Counted from the first letter of the stretch, positions 29,891 through 40,830 are shown. The stretch: 64,000 nt of DNA from an uncultured virus (IMG/VR IMGVR_UViG_3300027985_001690) (IMGVR_UViG_3300027985_001690); one strand, 5' to 3'. Numbers and translations are program-made. The notes: generated from the letters alone by a model not told the origin.

Positions 29891-29891
29891 G

Positions 29892-30602
29892 ATGCCTGAC
29901 TCACTCGGGGATCGGATGAAGCGCTACGAGTTGGCGCTTCGGCACTCTGTGACGCCACGTTCTCCCATCATCATCAGGGTGGACGGCAAGGCCTTCCACA
30001 CGTACACCAGGCCGCTCAAGAACCCGTTCGACAAGAACCTGAGCATGGCGATGGTCGCCGTTGCCAAGGCCTTGTGCAGCGGCATCCAGGGCGCGCAGCT
30101 GGCCTACACCCAGAGCGACGAGGTGAGTGTGCTCGTGCACGCCTACAAGCGCTTCGACAGCTCGTGCTGGTTCGATGGGCAGGTGCAGAAGATGGCCTCG
30201 GTCTCCGCCGCCATCGCCGCGGGCGTGATGACCGCGAATTCGGACGTCATCTTTGGTCGTACGCGCATCGCGGCGTTCGACTCCCGCGTCATCGTGATTC
30301 CCGAGAACGACGTCTGCAACTACTTCGTATGGCGCCAGCAGGACTGCATCCGCAACAGCGTCCAGGGACACGCACGGACCATGTTCAGCCACCGCGAGTG
30401 CCACAAAAAGGACCAGGAGGCCCTCAAGACGATGTGCAGGGCGTCGATGCAGCCGTGGGAGGACCTCGACCCGATGTGGAGATACGGCATCGTGGTCGAG
30501 AAGAGGGACGGCGATAGAGCGTGGCAACAGTTCGACGCCTACCCGCCCTTCCAGGACGACAGGCTACAGATCGAGAGACATCTGGACCCCGAGGAGATGT
30601 GA
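29892..30602 (+). CDS. tRNA(His) guanylyltransferase Thg1-like (3'-5' polymerase)
   Basis: IIIRVDGKAFHTYT, AYTQSDEVS, WFDGQVQKMAS, FDSRV, NYFVWRQQDCIRNS. Confidence 0.93.
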   Translation: MPDSLGDRMKRYELALRHSVTPRSPIIIRVDGKAFHTYTRPLKNPFDKNLSMAMVAVAKALCSGIQGAQLAYTQSDEVSVLVHAYKRFDSSCWFDGQVQKMASVSAAIAAGVMTANSDVIFGRTRIAAFDSRVIVIPENDVCNYFVWRQQDCIRNSVQGHARTMFSHRECHKKDQEALKTMCRASMQPWEDLDPMWRYGIVVEKRDGDRAWQQFDAYPPFQDDRLQIERHLDPEEM

Positions 30603-30750
30603 TGACAAAGGCGAAGACCATGAGGGCGCTGTGGAGGCTTGGATGGCTCCGCGGAAAGCGGAGCGCTTGCATCGGTCACCTCGACGCGCGCGGTGAGTGG
30701 GATCGGGTGATTGGACCGGTGTACTGGCTCCGAAAGAGGATGGTGGACCG

Positions 30751-31692
30751 ATGACGGAATCGACCGTGACCGAAATCTCGACGATCGAGTACCCGTTGAC
30801 GCTGCCCGACTGGGCGGTCCAGCGCATCGTCCGCGGTGGCATCCACATGGTCCGGCTGCCGGTGATGGAGTCGAACTCCAGGCCCGGACCAAACCACACG
30901 TTCGAGGACTTCGATTTCGCCGGTGCCCGACGATCTGTTGGTGGCACCCACCTGGTGGGCGAGTGCGGCAGCGTCGAGGGCGAGATCAGACCCCGGTGGG
31001 AGGGAGCCGGTAGGTTCTGGGTCCTCGAGGCCTTCAAGACCGAGCGCCGAACATGCGATGAGGACTTCGACACCAGCGACGAACCGAACCACGTATGCGA
31101 CGCGCACTGCAACCAGACCTACGTGCTGTACCGGGCGACCCCCCGGATCGGATACCGACCGGTTCCGGACCGCGCTTCCATCACCTACCTGGACGATTCC
31201 ACCCCGCTCACGCGCCGGTTCACCGAAGGATTCAGCCCGGCGTTCGAGATACGCCGCGAATGGTCCAGGATCGAGCTCAAGATCCACGAGACGTTCGCGC
31301 GCCCGCTGCAGGACACAAGCGACATCGACGCCGACCAGACCATCTTCTGCAACGGCTCGTATCTGCCGCTGCCCAACGACGTGCCCGACGGCGCCGGCCT
31401 GGAGTGGTTCCGCAAGGCGTGGGACGCAGCCCAGCTGCCCATGCATCGGTGGGACGCGAACCCGTGGACCTGGGTGGCGGTGATCAGCACGAGAGTGTGC
31501 GGGCGTCCAACCCGACCCAGGCTGAGCCACGGGCACGGTCTCGGTCACACCTACGACATCCCCGAGTGTGAAATGACGGCGAGGGCGCGCCGCATCGCAG
31601 AAACGTGGCCGTTTCGGTACGAGCCGAAGTGCCTTGTCATCGAGGACGTCTCCGGGCTTCGATCTCCGATCGAGAAGGGAAGGAACCGATGA
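30751..31692 (+). CDS. ASCH/PUA-like phage protein (divergent)
   Basis: RFWVLEAF...LYRAT...SRIELKI...RPLQD...WFRKAWD...WDANPWTWV is the same family pattern as 32953-33777. Confidence 0.6.
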   Translation: MTESTVTEISTIEYPLTLPDWAVQRIVRGGIHMVRLPVMESNSRPGPNHTFEDFDFAGARRSVGGTHLVGECGSVEGEIRPRWEGAGRFWVLEAFKTERRTCDEDFDTSDEPNHVCDAHCNQTYVLYRATPRIGYRPVPDRASITYLDDSTPLTRRFTEGFSPAFEIRREWSRIELKIHETFARPLQDTSDIDADQTIFCNGSYLPLPNDVPDGAGLEWFRKAWDAAQLPMHRWDANPWTWVAVISTRVCGRPTRPRLSHGHGLGHTYDIPECEMTARARRIAETWPFRYEPKCLVIEDVSGLRSPIEKGRNR

Positions 31693-32297
31693 CTCAAGCG
31701 ATCGAACCGAGGATCCGTCGCCACAACTGGGAGCAGCTGCTCGCCGCGCTTGGCAGCTCCAAGCCGTGGGTGAGCAGGTCACTTCAGCCGTGGAGCGTCC
31801 GATTCAACCTCGAGTTCCAGTTCTGGGGCCCTCCCATCTCGGTCACGTTCGAGTGGGGGAAGGAGTCCACGATCATCAGCATCGCTGAATTCCAGACGCT
31901 GTCGGACGTGATCACGTCCGGCAAACACCTCGTCGGATCCGAGCCCGTGCTCACGGAGTTCGGATGGATTTCAATTCGAATGGGCACGTCGGAGACATCG
32001 TTCCAGAGCTACGGCGTTAGGGTGATCCCGACGAAGCTCATCATCGAGGCGATTCGAATCAGCCGGCTGACGTCGCCCACAGGCTTCGCGACGAATCACT
32101 ACTCCTGCAGCGTGCAAAGGTTCTCCAAAAGGCACCGAAAGTATCACAAGGTCTTCGCCAGGATGGACGACCTGGATCGAAAGCACATGCAGAAGGTTCG
32201 CGGCGATCACAACCGATGGTCGGACATGGCCATCATCACCAGGCAGCTCGAGGAATCGACCTTGCGCGCTCCAAGCCTTGGCGGGCTTTTTCGGTAG
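31689..32297 (+). CDS. hypothetical protein, paralog of 32307-32939
   Basis: WEQLLAALGSSKPWVSRSLQPW. Confidence 0.55.
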   Translation: MTQAIEPRIRRHNWEQLLAALGSSKPWVSRSLQPWSVRFNLEFQFWGPPISVTFEWGKESTIISIAEFQTLSDVITSGKHLVGSEPVLTEFGWISIRMGTSETSFQSYGVRVIPTKLIIEAIRISRLTSPTGFATNHYSCSVQRFSKRHRKYHKVFARMDDLDRKHMQKVRGDHNRWSDMAIITRQLEESTLRAPSLGGLFR

Positions 32298-32306
32298 GAG
32301 GAACGC

Positions 32307-32939
32307 TTGAAACAGGAATTGAAGACCAGGCGAGGCAACACGTGGCAGAAGATGCTTCGGGCAGTCGGTAGCCCCAAGCCGCTGGTGAGCAGGTCCCTTC
32401 GACAGTGGGGGGTAGCTCTCCGGGGGAGATCTGTCGTGTTCAATTGGTGGGTGTCGAACAAGACTGGAGGTGGAAGCCTCGCATCGATCGACGGCGCGCG
32501 CGTCCAACATGCGTCGAGGGTCATGATCTGGGGCGTGTGGACTGGAAGTCTCCGCGGGACCGACGAGATCCACGTGAACTCCAACAACGTCCCATGCGAG
32601 GGCGATGACCCGTCCTGCGTACTGTCGATGTCCACCCAGTGGGTCCGGTTCAGGTACCCGGCGGGCAAAGAAGTCTCCGTTCCGACGGCGCTGGTGCTCG
32701 AAGCAGCCAGGCTGTCTATGAGCCGGACGTCCAACGAAACGCGGTCGTACCACATGACGAAGAAACAGCGCCGGGCCCTTCGCAGGTGGCGACAGGCGGA
32801 GAAGCGCGAGTTACTCCGTCGGAAGGGCAGCCACGAGCGCTGGTCGAACCTCGGGAAGTTCGTTCGCATGGTCATGGAGTCGAACGACGTCAAAGAGGTC
32901 GACGCCGACCTCGAGGTCGGGCCCGGACGAATCATCTGA
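32307..32939 (+). CDS. hypothetical protein, paralog of 31689-32297
   Basis: WQKMLRAVGSPKPLVSRSLRQW. Confidence 0.55.
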   Translation: MKQELKTRRGNTWQKMLRAVGSPKPLVSRSLRQWGVALRGRSVVFNWWVSNKTGGGSLASIDGARVQHASRVMIWGVWTGSLRGTDEIHVNSNNVPCEGDDPSCVLSMSTQWVRFRYPAGKEVSVPTALVLEAARLSMSRTSNETRSYHMTKKQRRALRRWRQAEKRELLRRKGSHERWSNLGKFVRMVMESNDVKEVDADLEVGPGRII

Positions 32940-32952
32940 GGAGGGACGCCTG

Positions 32953-33777
32953 ATGCCAAAGAAGGAATTCCCCATCCTGTTCACCGGAGAGATGGTCCGC
33001 GCCATCCTCGACGGCACCAAGACGCAGACGCGCCGGCTCGTGGACATGAGACGCCTACGCGTCGTCCCCAGGACCGATGTCGGTCCTGACATCGGCGTTC
33101 ACCAACTGGGGGGTCCAGAGGTCAAGCTGCTCGCCCGGAAAGGGAGACGGATCAGGGCCAGCCTCAATCGCCTTGGGGCCGTGTCCGCCTCTCTCCCGGA
33201 GGGACTACTTGGGCTCAGGCCCGGAGAATTCGACTTTGTTTGCCCGTACGCCCAGGGGGAAACCTCGCTGGTGTTCGTCCGAAGGTACGCGTACAGGGAG
33301 CACGAGTGGACGATTCACGCCAGGGAGTCGAGGCTTTGGGTCCGGGAGACGTGGAGGACGATGCGTCCATGCCCGATTCACGACGCCGTGGGCATGGGCG
33401 AGGGCATTCCGGCGTTCGTTGAAGGATGCACGTGCTCCTACGACCCCGCGGAGTACCGGGCCACCGACGGACGCAACGATCGGAAGTGGAAGCCCTCAAT
33501 CCACATGCCCAGGTGGGCGAGCAGGTTGACCCCGGAACCCATCCGGGTGCGCCTGCAACATCTGCAGGACATCACCGAGGATGACGCAAAGGCCGAGGGC
33601 GTTGTCCCGATGAATGGGTTCGCCCCGGACCAACCGATCCTCGGCGATTGCAAGTGCCGGACGAACGGGTCGCACCCGTACACGATGGCGTTCGCCGTCC
33701 TGTGGGACGAGATCAACGGAAACAGGGCACCATTCAGAAGCGACCCATGGGTATGGGCCGTCGAATTTCGGAGGTGA
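32953..33777 (+). CDS. ASCH/PUA-like phage protein
   Basis: PILFTGEMVRAILDGTKTQTRR, LWVRETW, WKPSIHMPRWASR, LQDITEDDAKAEG, PWVWAVEF. Confidence 0.85.
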   Translation: MPKKEFPILFTGEMVRAILDGTKTQTRRLVDMRRLRVVPRTDVGPDIGVHQLGGPEVKLLARKGRRIRASLNRLGAVSASLPEGLLGLRPGEFDFVCPYAQGETSLVFVRRYAYREHEWTIHARESRLWVRETWRTMRPCPIHDAVGMGEGIPAFVEGCTCSYDPAEYRATDGRNDRKWKPSIHMPRWASRLTPEPIRVRLQHLQDITEDDAKAEGVVPMNGFAPDQPILGDCKCRTNGSHPYTMAFAVLWDEINGNRAPFRSDPWVWAVEFRR

Positions 33778-33780
33778 GCG

Positions 33781-35208
33781 ATGTCTGATGATACAAGGTA
33801 CTGGCACGACAGAGCGTTGTTGGCTGAGGGCGAGATCGAGCGCGTATTGCTCGAGTCCGTCAATCTCCGCGGGAAGCTCGATGCGCTTGAGCTCGAGCGA
33901 ATCGCGATCATAGACGAGGTACTCGATAAGCAAGGGACTCCACTGGAAAGGGTGGAGGCTCTCCGGAAGGACCGAGACTCCGCAGAGGCTGAACTAGACG
34001 CGTTGAAGGGCGTGCTTGGCTCGTGTCGGGACGAACGAGACCACCTCAAGACGAAGTTGTTAGAGCTCGATTCAAGCATGGCATCTGCATCCGAGGCATC
34101 GGATGCCCTTCATAAGTCATTCAACAGGGTCTGGTTCGAGATCCCGGAGGAAGTCCGATCGTGTTCGACGAACGCCACGGCGACGACGGTGGACTTCATA
34201 CGGGACAGCATCGAGACGATCAAGAAGCTGAGGGCCGAGATACGAGATGCACAAGGCGCATGCCCACACGTCTTTGTATCCGGTTTGGTGCCCGGTGGCT
34301 CACTCAGCGAAGAGGACTGGCCCCCTATCGCCAAGACCATCCGAGCCTGGTCGACTGCTTGGGCGTCCACGAAGGACGAAAACAAGCGACTACGCAACGA
34401 GAATGCTGCTGCGAAGGAGACGCTGGAGAAGGCCGAAAAGAATTGTCGAGAGCTACGCGAAGAGAACGTAAAGCTTTTGAGTGGGGAAGGCGGAATCATC
34501 GATCTACGATCCGATACCGAAAAAATGTGGCCTGTGTTTGCGGCTGTGGAGGAGGCGATCGGGATCGGTCAAGCAGTTCCAGAATTGGTGATGCGCGCGT
34601 TCGAAGCCGCTAAGCACGACTTCACCTGCCCCAATTGCGGCAGCCACAGGTTCGGAACCGGAACGACTGACGACGGGAAGTCTTACCGGTACTGCGGCGC
34701 CGAGGCATGCACCTGGTCGTCCGAAAAGTGGGACGGTCGAAACCCGTGCCCGGAGGATTCGTGCGGTGGTTGGAACGGCCATGCGGAGGGTTGCCCGAAC
34801 GATCCCAAACCGGACGGGCTGCCGAAGTTGGTGTGGTGTCACTCGGACAATAAGTGGTTTGGCCCTGCGATGCCAGGCCCAGACGATGGCGGATGGGTGC
34901 GCAAATACATCCTCCACGACGTTCACCTCGCCGACCTCGAATCGGCCAGGCGGGAGGCTATAAGGTCCGCGTGTGACCTACGTGTGAACGGAGGCTCAAG
35001 GATAGGCGACATCGTTGTGTCGATGGACCCGATTCGCACGGTTCAAATGGTTCTTGAGACTCCGACCCACGCGGAGGGTTGCCCGAACGATCCCAAACCG
35101 GATGTCGAACGGATCAACAAGCAGAAGGCGGTGGACATCGTCTCCGGATACGTCGGCGACCCCGACATGCTTCGAGACATTAGCAAGGCCATTTTGGAGT
35201 CCAAATGA
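33781..35208 (+). CDS. coiled-coil/zinc-ribbon mosaic phage protein
   Basis: Heptad-rich N-terminus, CPNC..C..C ribbon, internal 32-bp direct repeat. Confidence 0.6.
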   Translation: MSDDTRYWHDRALLAEGEIERVLLESVNLRGKLDALELERIAIIDEVLDKQGTPLERVEALRKDRDSAEAELDALKGVLGSCRDERDHLKTKLLELDSSMASASEASDALHKSFNRVWFEIPEEVRSCSTNATATTVDFIRDSIETIKKLRAEIRDAQGACPHVFVSGLVPGGSLSEEDWPPIAKTIRAWSTAWASTKDENKRLRNENAAAKETLEKAEKNCRELREENVKLLSGEGGIIDLRSDTEKMWPVFAAVEEAIGIGQAVPELVMRAFEAAKHDFTCPNCGSHRFGTGTTDDGKSYRYCGAEACTWSSEKWDGRNPCPEDSCGGWNGHAEGCPNDPKPDGLPKLVWCHSDNKWFGPAMPGPDDGGWVRKYILHDVHLADLESARREAIRSACDLRVNGGSRIGDIVVSMDPIRTVQMVLETPTHAEGCPNDPKPDVERINKQKAVDIVSGYVGDPDMLRDISKAILESK

Positions 35209-36185
35209 GCGACCATACAGTGATCGAGTGCACAGAACTCAGGGCCCGGGTTGCCAAGCTCGAGCGGAAACTTGGCAACGCCAAGAAGGCCATAGCCGGG
35301 TTGACCGAACTCAGGGCCCGGGTTGCCGAGCTCGAGCGGAAACTTGGCAACGCCAAGAAGGCCATAGCCGGGTTGACCGACAAGTACACCGCCGAGACCA
35401 AGCTCAACGGGGAGACCCGAGCCGAACTCAAAGAGCGGTGCTTCGCCCACGCGGTCTCACAATCGATGTACGATGCCATGCTCGGAATCGCCAACGCAAC
35501 GCTCAGAGAGATCGATCCCGATGTCGGGGAGGCGGATGGCCCCGACCTACCCATCATGGCGGCTGACCTTCGAAAGCACCGCGACGAGCTGCACGACACC
35601 CTTTCTAGGTTGTCCTCCTACGTGGGCTCGGGACTGGGAGACGATTCAACGTCGGCGGCGGAGTTCGACTCCCGGATCCGGGACGGAATCGACCACATGA
35701 TGCGGGCGGAACGATCCAGGGGGCTCAGGCCGGTTTTCGACGTCTTCGAGTCCTGGGCTCGGCGAAAGTACTTCAAGATGGTGCTCGAGAAGGACGCGCT
35801 GTTCCAGCAGCGAGTCGAGTTCCAGATCGAGAGGAGCAAGCTGAGGGCGCAGGTGCACCGTCTTCGCGTCGAGCTCCTCGATCGCGCGAAGGCGCACGAT
35901 GCCATCGTGGCCGCGGCCCGGGACGTCGTCCCATTCATCGAGGACATGAACAACTGGGTTCCAGACATGGCCGAAGAAGAAGACCACTGGATGATGGAGA
36001 GCATCAAGCGCCACTCGGTCCGCCTTCGAAGGGCACTGGATCTATCCGCTCCGACGTCCATGGACACGTCGACGTGCGACGTCTGCGGCATCACGTCCTA
36101 CAGCACGGATGGTTGGGTGGTGGGCGATGTCACGCTCTGCCCGAACTGCGAAACCGAGAGAGGGACCAGGGAATCAAAGGTGTAG
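35205..36185 (+). CDS. coiled-coil hypothetical protein with a 72-bp tandem duplication
   Basis: ELRARVA(K/E)LERKLGNAKKAIAGLT occurs twice; C-terminal CxxC...CxxC. Confidence 0.6.
   Translation: MSDHTVIECTELRARVAKLERKLGNAKKAIAGLTELRARVAELERKLGNAKKAIAGLTDKYTAETKLNGETRAELKERCFAHAVSQSMYDAMLGIANATLREIDPDVGEADGPDLPIMAADLRKHRDELHDTLSRLSSYVGSGLGDDSTSAAEFDSRIRDGIDHMMRAERSRGLRPVFDVFESWARRKYFKMVLEKDALFQQRVEFQIERSKLRAQVHRLRVELLDRAKAHDAIVAAARDVVPFIEDMNNWVPDMAEEEDHWMMESIKRHSVRLRRALDLSAPTSMDTSTCDVCGITSYSTDGWVVGDVTLCPNCETERGTRESKV
35235..35378 (+). repeat. 72-bp tandem duplication (2 copies, 1 mismatch)
   Basis: GAACTCAGGGCCCGGGTTGCC... at 35235 and 35307. Confidence 0.9.
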
Positions 36186-36586
36186 AAAACCAAGGGGGGA
36201 ACATGGACAGGTTCATCAAGTTCAAAATCGGAAACCACCCAACGCTCTGCGCCGGATGCAGGGGAGCTCGACCATACGGGCCCCGCGAGAACCCGTATTG
36301 GTGGTGCCGTGTCTACGATGCGCAGCTCGGGCGAGGAAAGCCTCGCCGATGCGCCCAGTGCATCGAGGACGAGATCGGTTCCGGCTCAGATGCAAATCTT
36401 CATGGCGTCCCCTCAGAGGACGGCTCTTCAACCACGCCGAACGGAGAATGTCAAGCCATATGCATTTGGTGCAGCGGAACCGGCTTCGTGCGGCAGACCC
36501 AGATCATGTGCCGGACCTGCCACGGAACCGGAAAGCCCGTTGCCTGCCTCGATTGATCAGATTCGGAGGATGTGAAGGTGGTAGCC

Positions 36587-37486
36587 CTACTGATTGACCG
36601 CTCCTGGGCTGGTGTCCAGAATCACGCCGAACTCCCCCAGCTTCCCGTCACGTTTCAAGGACGCGTAGCACCTGTGGCATAGGCCGCGGGCCTTGTGACG
36701 TCGTTCCGTGCTCTGGCACCCCAGGCAAGCATCGGGCTTTCGTCCACCCCACTCGTACTCGGACGTCAACGATTGAGCCTTTCGGGGAGCCCCGTCACGC
36801 TTCTGCCTCCACCAACGGAGGGACCTCTCGCGTCTTCTGCGAGTTCGTCCAGACACGACCTGGGGCTCGAGCGAGCGCACCGGCGTGGCGTCACCGAACA
36901 GCGCAAACCGAAGCGAACCAACGGCCCGGAACACGTTCAGACGGACCGTTTGCATCGCCCTTCCGGTCGACGTCGCGATCTCGGAGATGTCGTGGCCGGC
37001 CAGCATGGATCGCAGGTCCTCCCTGGCCCTGGCAGGTAGGGATTCAATGGCGACCTCGAGGGCGCGAGCGAGCTCCGCGCTCTCCACGAGGGCGTCCGGA
37101 TTCAATTCGACGTCGCATTCTCGGTTCTTGATCGTCGATGACCTACGATCGTCGTCGGCGTCGCCGCCATCGTGCACAAGTGTGGATTCGGGAACGATGG
37201 CCCGTCGTCCCCATCTCCTGTGTCGAGCTCGCCAGGACTTGATCGCGAACGGAATGGAATTGCAAACCGCGGACGCGAGCGAGCAGTCCAACTCCTTCCA
37301 CTCGTCCTCGCGCTCGAGTACCCATACCCAGCACCAGGACATGATGTCGTCGAACTCGTCCCTCGACAGGTGCCTGTACGCCTGAACGCGCTCTTTCTTG
37401 AGCACGAAGCGGATGAGCCGGTCGACGTCGCCAAAGTGCGATCGAACCTCTCCCGCGCGGATCGAGTTGGAGGTTTCTTCGGCCAT
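36587..37486 (-). CDS. ECF-like RNA polymerase sigma factor
   Basis: Region 2-like DDIMSWCWVWV...AIKSWRAR; region 4-like LEVAIESLPARAREDL...ISEIATSTGRAMQTVR; C-terminal C4 zinc finger. Confidence 0.6.
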   Translation of the reverse strand: MAEETSNSIRAGEVRSHFGDVDRLIRFVLKKERVQAYRHLSRDEFDDIMSWCWVWVLEREDEWKELDCSLASAVCNSIPFAIKSWRARHRRWGRRAIVPESTLVHDGGDADDDRRSSTIKNRECDVELNPDALVESAELARALEVAIESLPARAREDLRSMLAGHDISEIATSTGRAMQTVRLNVFRAVGSLRFALFGDATPVRSLEPQVVSGRTRRRRERSLRWWRQKRDGAPRKAQSLTSEYEWGGRKPDACLGCQSTERRHKARGLCHRCYASLKRDGKLGEFGVILDTSPGAVNQ

Positions 37487-37498
37487 CGTTGGCCAAGA

Positions 37499-37942
37499 TC
37501 AGGGTCTGAGGTAGTTGTACCCGAAGAGGCCGGCGGCGCCGAGACCGCCCAGGACGAGCGCCCACTCGAGGAATCCCCACCCGCCTCCCTGCGAACCGGC
37601 GTCGTAGGAACTCCCGCGAACCGATTGGAATCCCTGGACGAAGCAGTCCCAGGCGAAGTCCTTGACGTCGTCCCCGGGGAAGGTCTCGTAGGCATCGTAC
37701 GCGCGGTCAAACATCACCTTGGCGGAAGTGACCTCGCCCGTAAACGTGTAGTCGTTGCCGAGCTTCCTGCCGGAGTCCTTGAAGAACTGGCACATGGTCG
37801 GCCCGTACTGCGACAGCCACTCTTTGCTGGTGGTGGTGGATGGGCTGAGGGTCGGAGATCGACGCAGGTCCTTCTGACCGACGGTCCCTCCCCATGGGGG
37901 TTCATGTGTGACACGGAAGTTCGACAGGTACGGGTTGGCCAT
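37499..37942 (-). CDS. protein with a C-terminal Gly-rich membrane anchor
   Basis: ...GSQGGGWGFLEWALVLGGLGAAGLFGYNYLRP; upstream TAGAAT -10-like element. Confidence 0.55.
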   Translation of the reverse strand: MANPYLSNFRVTHEPPWGGTVGQKDLRRSPTLSPSTTTSKEWLSQYGPTMCQFFKDSGRKLGNDYTFTGEVTSAKVMFDRAYDAYETFPGDDVKDFAWDCFVQGFQSVRGSSYDAGSQGGGWGFLEWALVLGGLGAAGLFGYNYLRP

Positions 37943-37975
37943 GCGGCCATTCTACCACCGGGCCGGGCGGCGTCA

Positions 37976-38581
37976 TCAGCAATCGTCTTGCCTCAGTTTC
38001 GACAACGATGACCAGACTTTGGCCCCCGCGGCGGCGACCCGGTACGCGAACAGAAGGACCAGCGGGATCGCTCCCCAGAGAGCGACGTTGCTACCAGGAC
38101 CTTCGAGGGCGTGGAGGTACAAGCCAAGGGCAGCGATGACAACGCCCGTGACAAGCTCGACGGCGGCTACCGCGGACCACCAGAACATTTGGGCGCGCAG
38201 GAACCTGATCAGAGATTCCATCTTGGAGTCCCTCGCCAACTTACACTGAACGTTGGCCTCCTCCATATCCGCCAGCAGGAGCTCGAGGAATCCCTCGGCC
38301 TTGTCCTTGCTGACGACAAGAGTGTACCTGGTCATGTCGTTGAATTTGGCAGCCGTCACCATTTCGTTCTGCACGAACGCTGGCTTCGCAAGGCTCGACA
38401 CCACAAGGGCGGCTCCCGTTGATTGGTTGCATCGGAACGCCACGAACATCGTGTCCATCACCGATACCACGTCCTGGGCAATCATGAACTCGAACCTGAA
38501 CGTGTCCTCGTCTTCCGATCTACCCATCGTCATGAACCGAGAGGACAGCAACTCCTCGATACGATCACTTGCGCTCGTCAT
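37976..38581 (-). CDS. membrane protein (two C-terminal TM helices)
   Basis: Hydrophobic segments WWSAVAAVELVTGVVIAALGLY and VALWGAIPLVLLFAY. Confidence 0.55.
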   Translation of the reverse strand: MTSASDRIEELLSSRFMTMGRSEDEDTFRFEFMIAQDVVSVMDTMFVAFRCNQSTGAALVVSSLAKPAFVQNEMVTAAKFNDMTRYTLVVSKDKAEGFLELLLADMEEANVQCKLARDSKMESLIRFLRAQMFWWSAVAAVELVTGVVIAALGLYLHALEGPGSNVALWGAIPLVLLFAYRVAAAGAKVWSSLSKLRQDDC

Positions 38582-39033
38582 CTGGCTTCTCCAGTGAGTC
38601 GACCCAGGATATCCCGTCGACTGGATCGATTGAAACGAGACCCACGCACGAGCAGCTCCGACAGAACACTTTGAGGACCAGGTCCCCGGGGAACTCGTTG
38701 TGCGTTCCGACGACGTGCACGTCGTGGCACCCGTTGGGCGTGTTCTGGCATCTGCTCAAACCGTAGCTTCGTTCGAAATCCACGCTGCGTAGGGTTCCAG
38801 CCCATCCGCAATGCTTGCAGACGGCTGACGGGCACGGGCTCCTTCGCCAGATGAGCCTCCCGTTTCGCTCGACGAAATGCTTTCCGTTGCACGTGCACAC
38901 AAGACCAGGGCAGCACTCCACATCGCCGGCGCGGCAACGCCGCCTGCCTCCGCTACCATGCCGTCGAAACGCTGCTCCGCACTGAGGACACACGAGGCCA
39001 TGCGTCAACGGATCTACGCGAGGCCTCCAACGC

Positions 39034-39210
39034 CTAGCTCTTCGGGTCATACTTCCTCGCTTTCTGGTACCGCTGCTCGAGCACGGCGAGACCAACGGAC
39101 AGAGCCCGACGAATCATCTCGCTCCTGCTGACCCTGGGGTACGAGGCATTCGACAGCTTGTCGATGCGGTCGATGACCTCGTCCCCCAACCTGACAGCGA
39201 GCATCCTCAT
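39034..39210 (-). CDS. ribbon-helix-helix (CopG-like) DNA-binding protein
   Basis: MLAVRLGDEVIDRIDKL...VSRSEMIRRAL. Confidence 0.65.
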   Translation of the reverse strand: MRMLAVRLGDEVIDRIDKLSNASYPRVSRSEMIRRALSVGLAVLEQRYQKARKYDPKS

Positions 39211-40544
39211 CGAGAGGCAATCCCTATCGCCACGCCGATGATCATCGATATGATCGACACGACAGCGACGATGGTCGTCCGATTGCGCATGAACCACGGC
39301 TGGAGTTGGGCGGGGATCGGAACCTCCAGCTGCTCGGCGGCGGGCTCGGTTTCCGCCTCGGGCGCCGACGGGTCTGGCGCCTTGACCAGGCACGGGAGAA
39401 GCGCCTTCTCGCGAGCTCGAGCCGCGGCCTCCACAAAGGCGGGGGGAAGCGGGGCGACAATCTCACGAATGGGTTTGCCCGTCATGCTCCCCGCCGTCGC
39501 GAGGGCCTCGAATTCGTCGACCGGCGTTCCCTCTGGATCGAGCAGGGTGAGCTTGCCCTTGGTCCCCAGGGCAGACTGAGCCTTGAACTCGGACCTTGCC
39601 TTTGCCTCTTCGGGCCCGCAGTACTTCAGCTTCGTAACTCCCGCAACCATTTCGACCACTTTCCAGTCTTGCATGAATCGCCTCCTTGTAGAGTTCTCTT
39701 CGTTTCGGTTCTTCCGGGACGCCGTCGGCGCCGAGCATCGACGCAGCCTGCCCCGGATCCACGCCCGCCGCCACCACCTCGCGGTGCATGGCGTGCAAGG
39801 GCCACAAGTTTCCCCGTCTCGCCTCCAGAACGGCCATCGTGGGGCTGCACCCGGAGACCATGGCAACGTACATCAGGGCGGTCCGAACATCCTCGCACCG
39901 GGCCAGCAACTCGAACAGAGGGCGGGAAACGACCTCCACCCTCGAGCCGCATGACGGGCACTGCATGACGGCGGACCTTCCGTTGCAACATAGGCCTGTC
40001 GCGTGGCGCCACGTCACCATACAACGATGGCATTGCCACCCGTTGGGGGCGACGATGACGACCATCTGGCTGCGGACGTCCGGATCAATCATCGGTCAGT
40101 TGAGCCCGCTCTTTCGAGTCGAATGGCTGTCTCGATACGACTTGATCGCCTTCGCCACGACGACCGACACCTCCTTCGCTTCGCTTTCTGACGACGCGAA
40201 GACCTCCGCCTTCGTCTCGCTTCCCTTCGGACCAACGTCGACGAAGCACTGATAGCCGCCGTCTCCGGTCGTGAGGCACTCGATGTACGTGTCATCGGCC
40301 TCGAGCCAGAATCCGTTGCCGTTCCGTTCTGGTTTCCACGTCGCGTCGTCCATCGTTGGGCCTCCATCCGCACCGCGGGCAATACCTTGCATCCCTGGAC
40401 ATAGGACGGAAGCAGTGGCCACAGAACTTTCGCCGAGGCATCGTCATCCTCGTCGGGACCCCTGGCCTGTTCCATACCGGCCTGGACATCAGGGTGACTG
40501 CCAGCGCCAACGTGGACAACGTCACCTTCGAAGCTCCTTGTGAG

Positions 40545-40805
40545 CTAGCCATTGCTCTTCTCCAGCGTTCGCAACGCGTAGATGATGGTCGAATGCGATC
40601 GGCTGAACAAGGATCCGATGCGCTTCAAACCGTAATGCTTTTCGTCGCGAAGCCACCGGTACACCCTGGCTCTGGCTGCGGGCGCCGGCGGGCTCTGCGA
40701 ACCGAACAGGTCCGACATGGTGATAGCCGACTCCCGGCACACCTCGGTCACGTGCTCGAGCAGACCGAGCTGCTCCAGCTTCGCTTCGAACTTCGTCTGT
40801 CCCAT
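40545..40805 (-). CDS. DnaA C-terminal-like HTH protein
   Basis: ITMSDLFG...AARARVYRWLRD...GLKRIGSLFSRSHSTIIYALR. Confidence 0.7.
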   Translation of the reverse strand: MGQTKFEAKLEQLGLLEHVTEVCRESAITMSDLFGSQSPPAPAARARVYRWLRDEKHYGLKRIGSLFSRSHSTIIYALRTLEKSNG

Positions 40806-40830
40806 GTCAAACCTCACGTTACCACCGACC

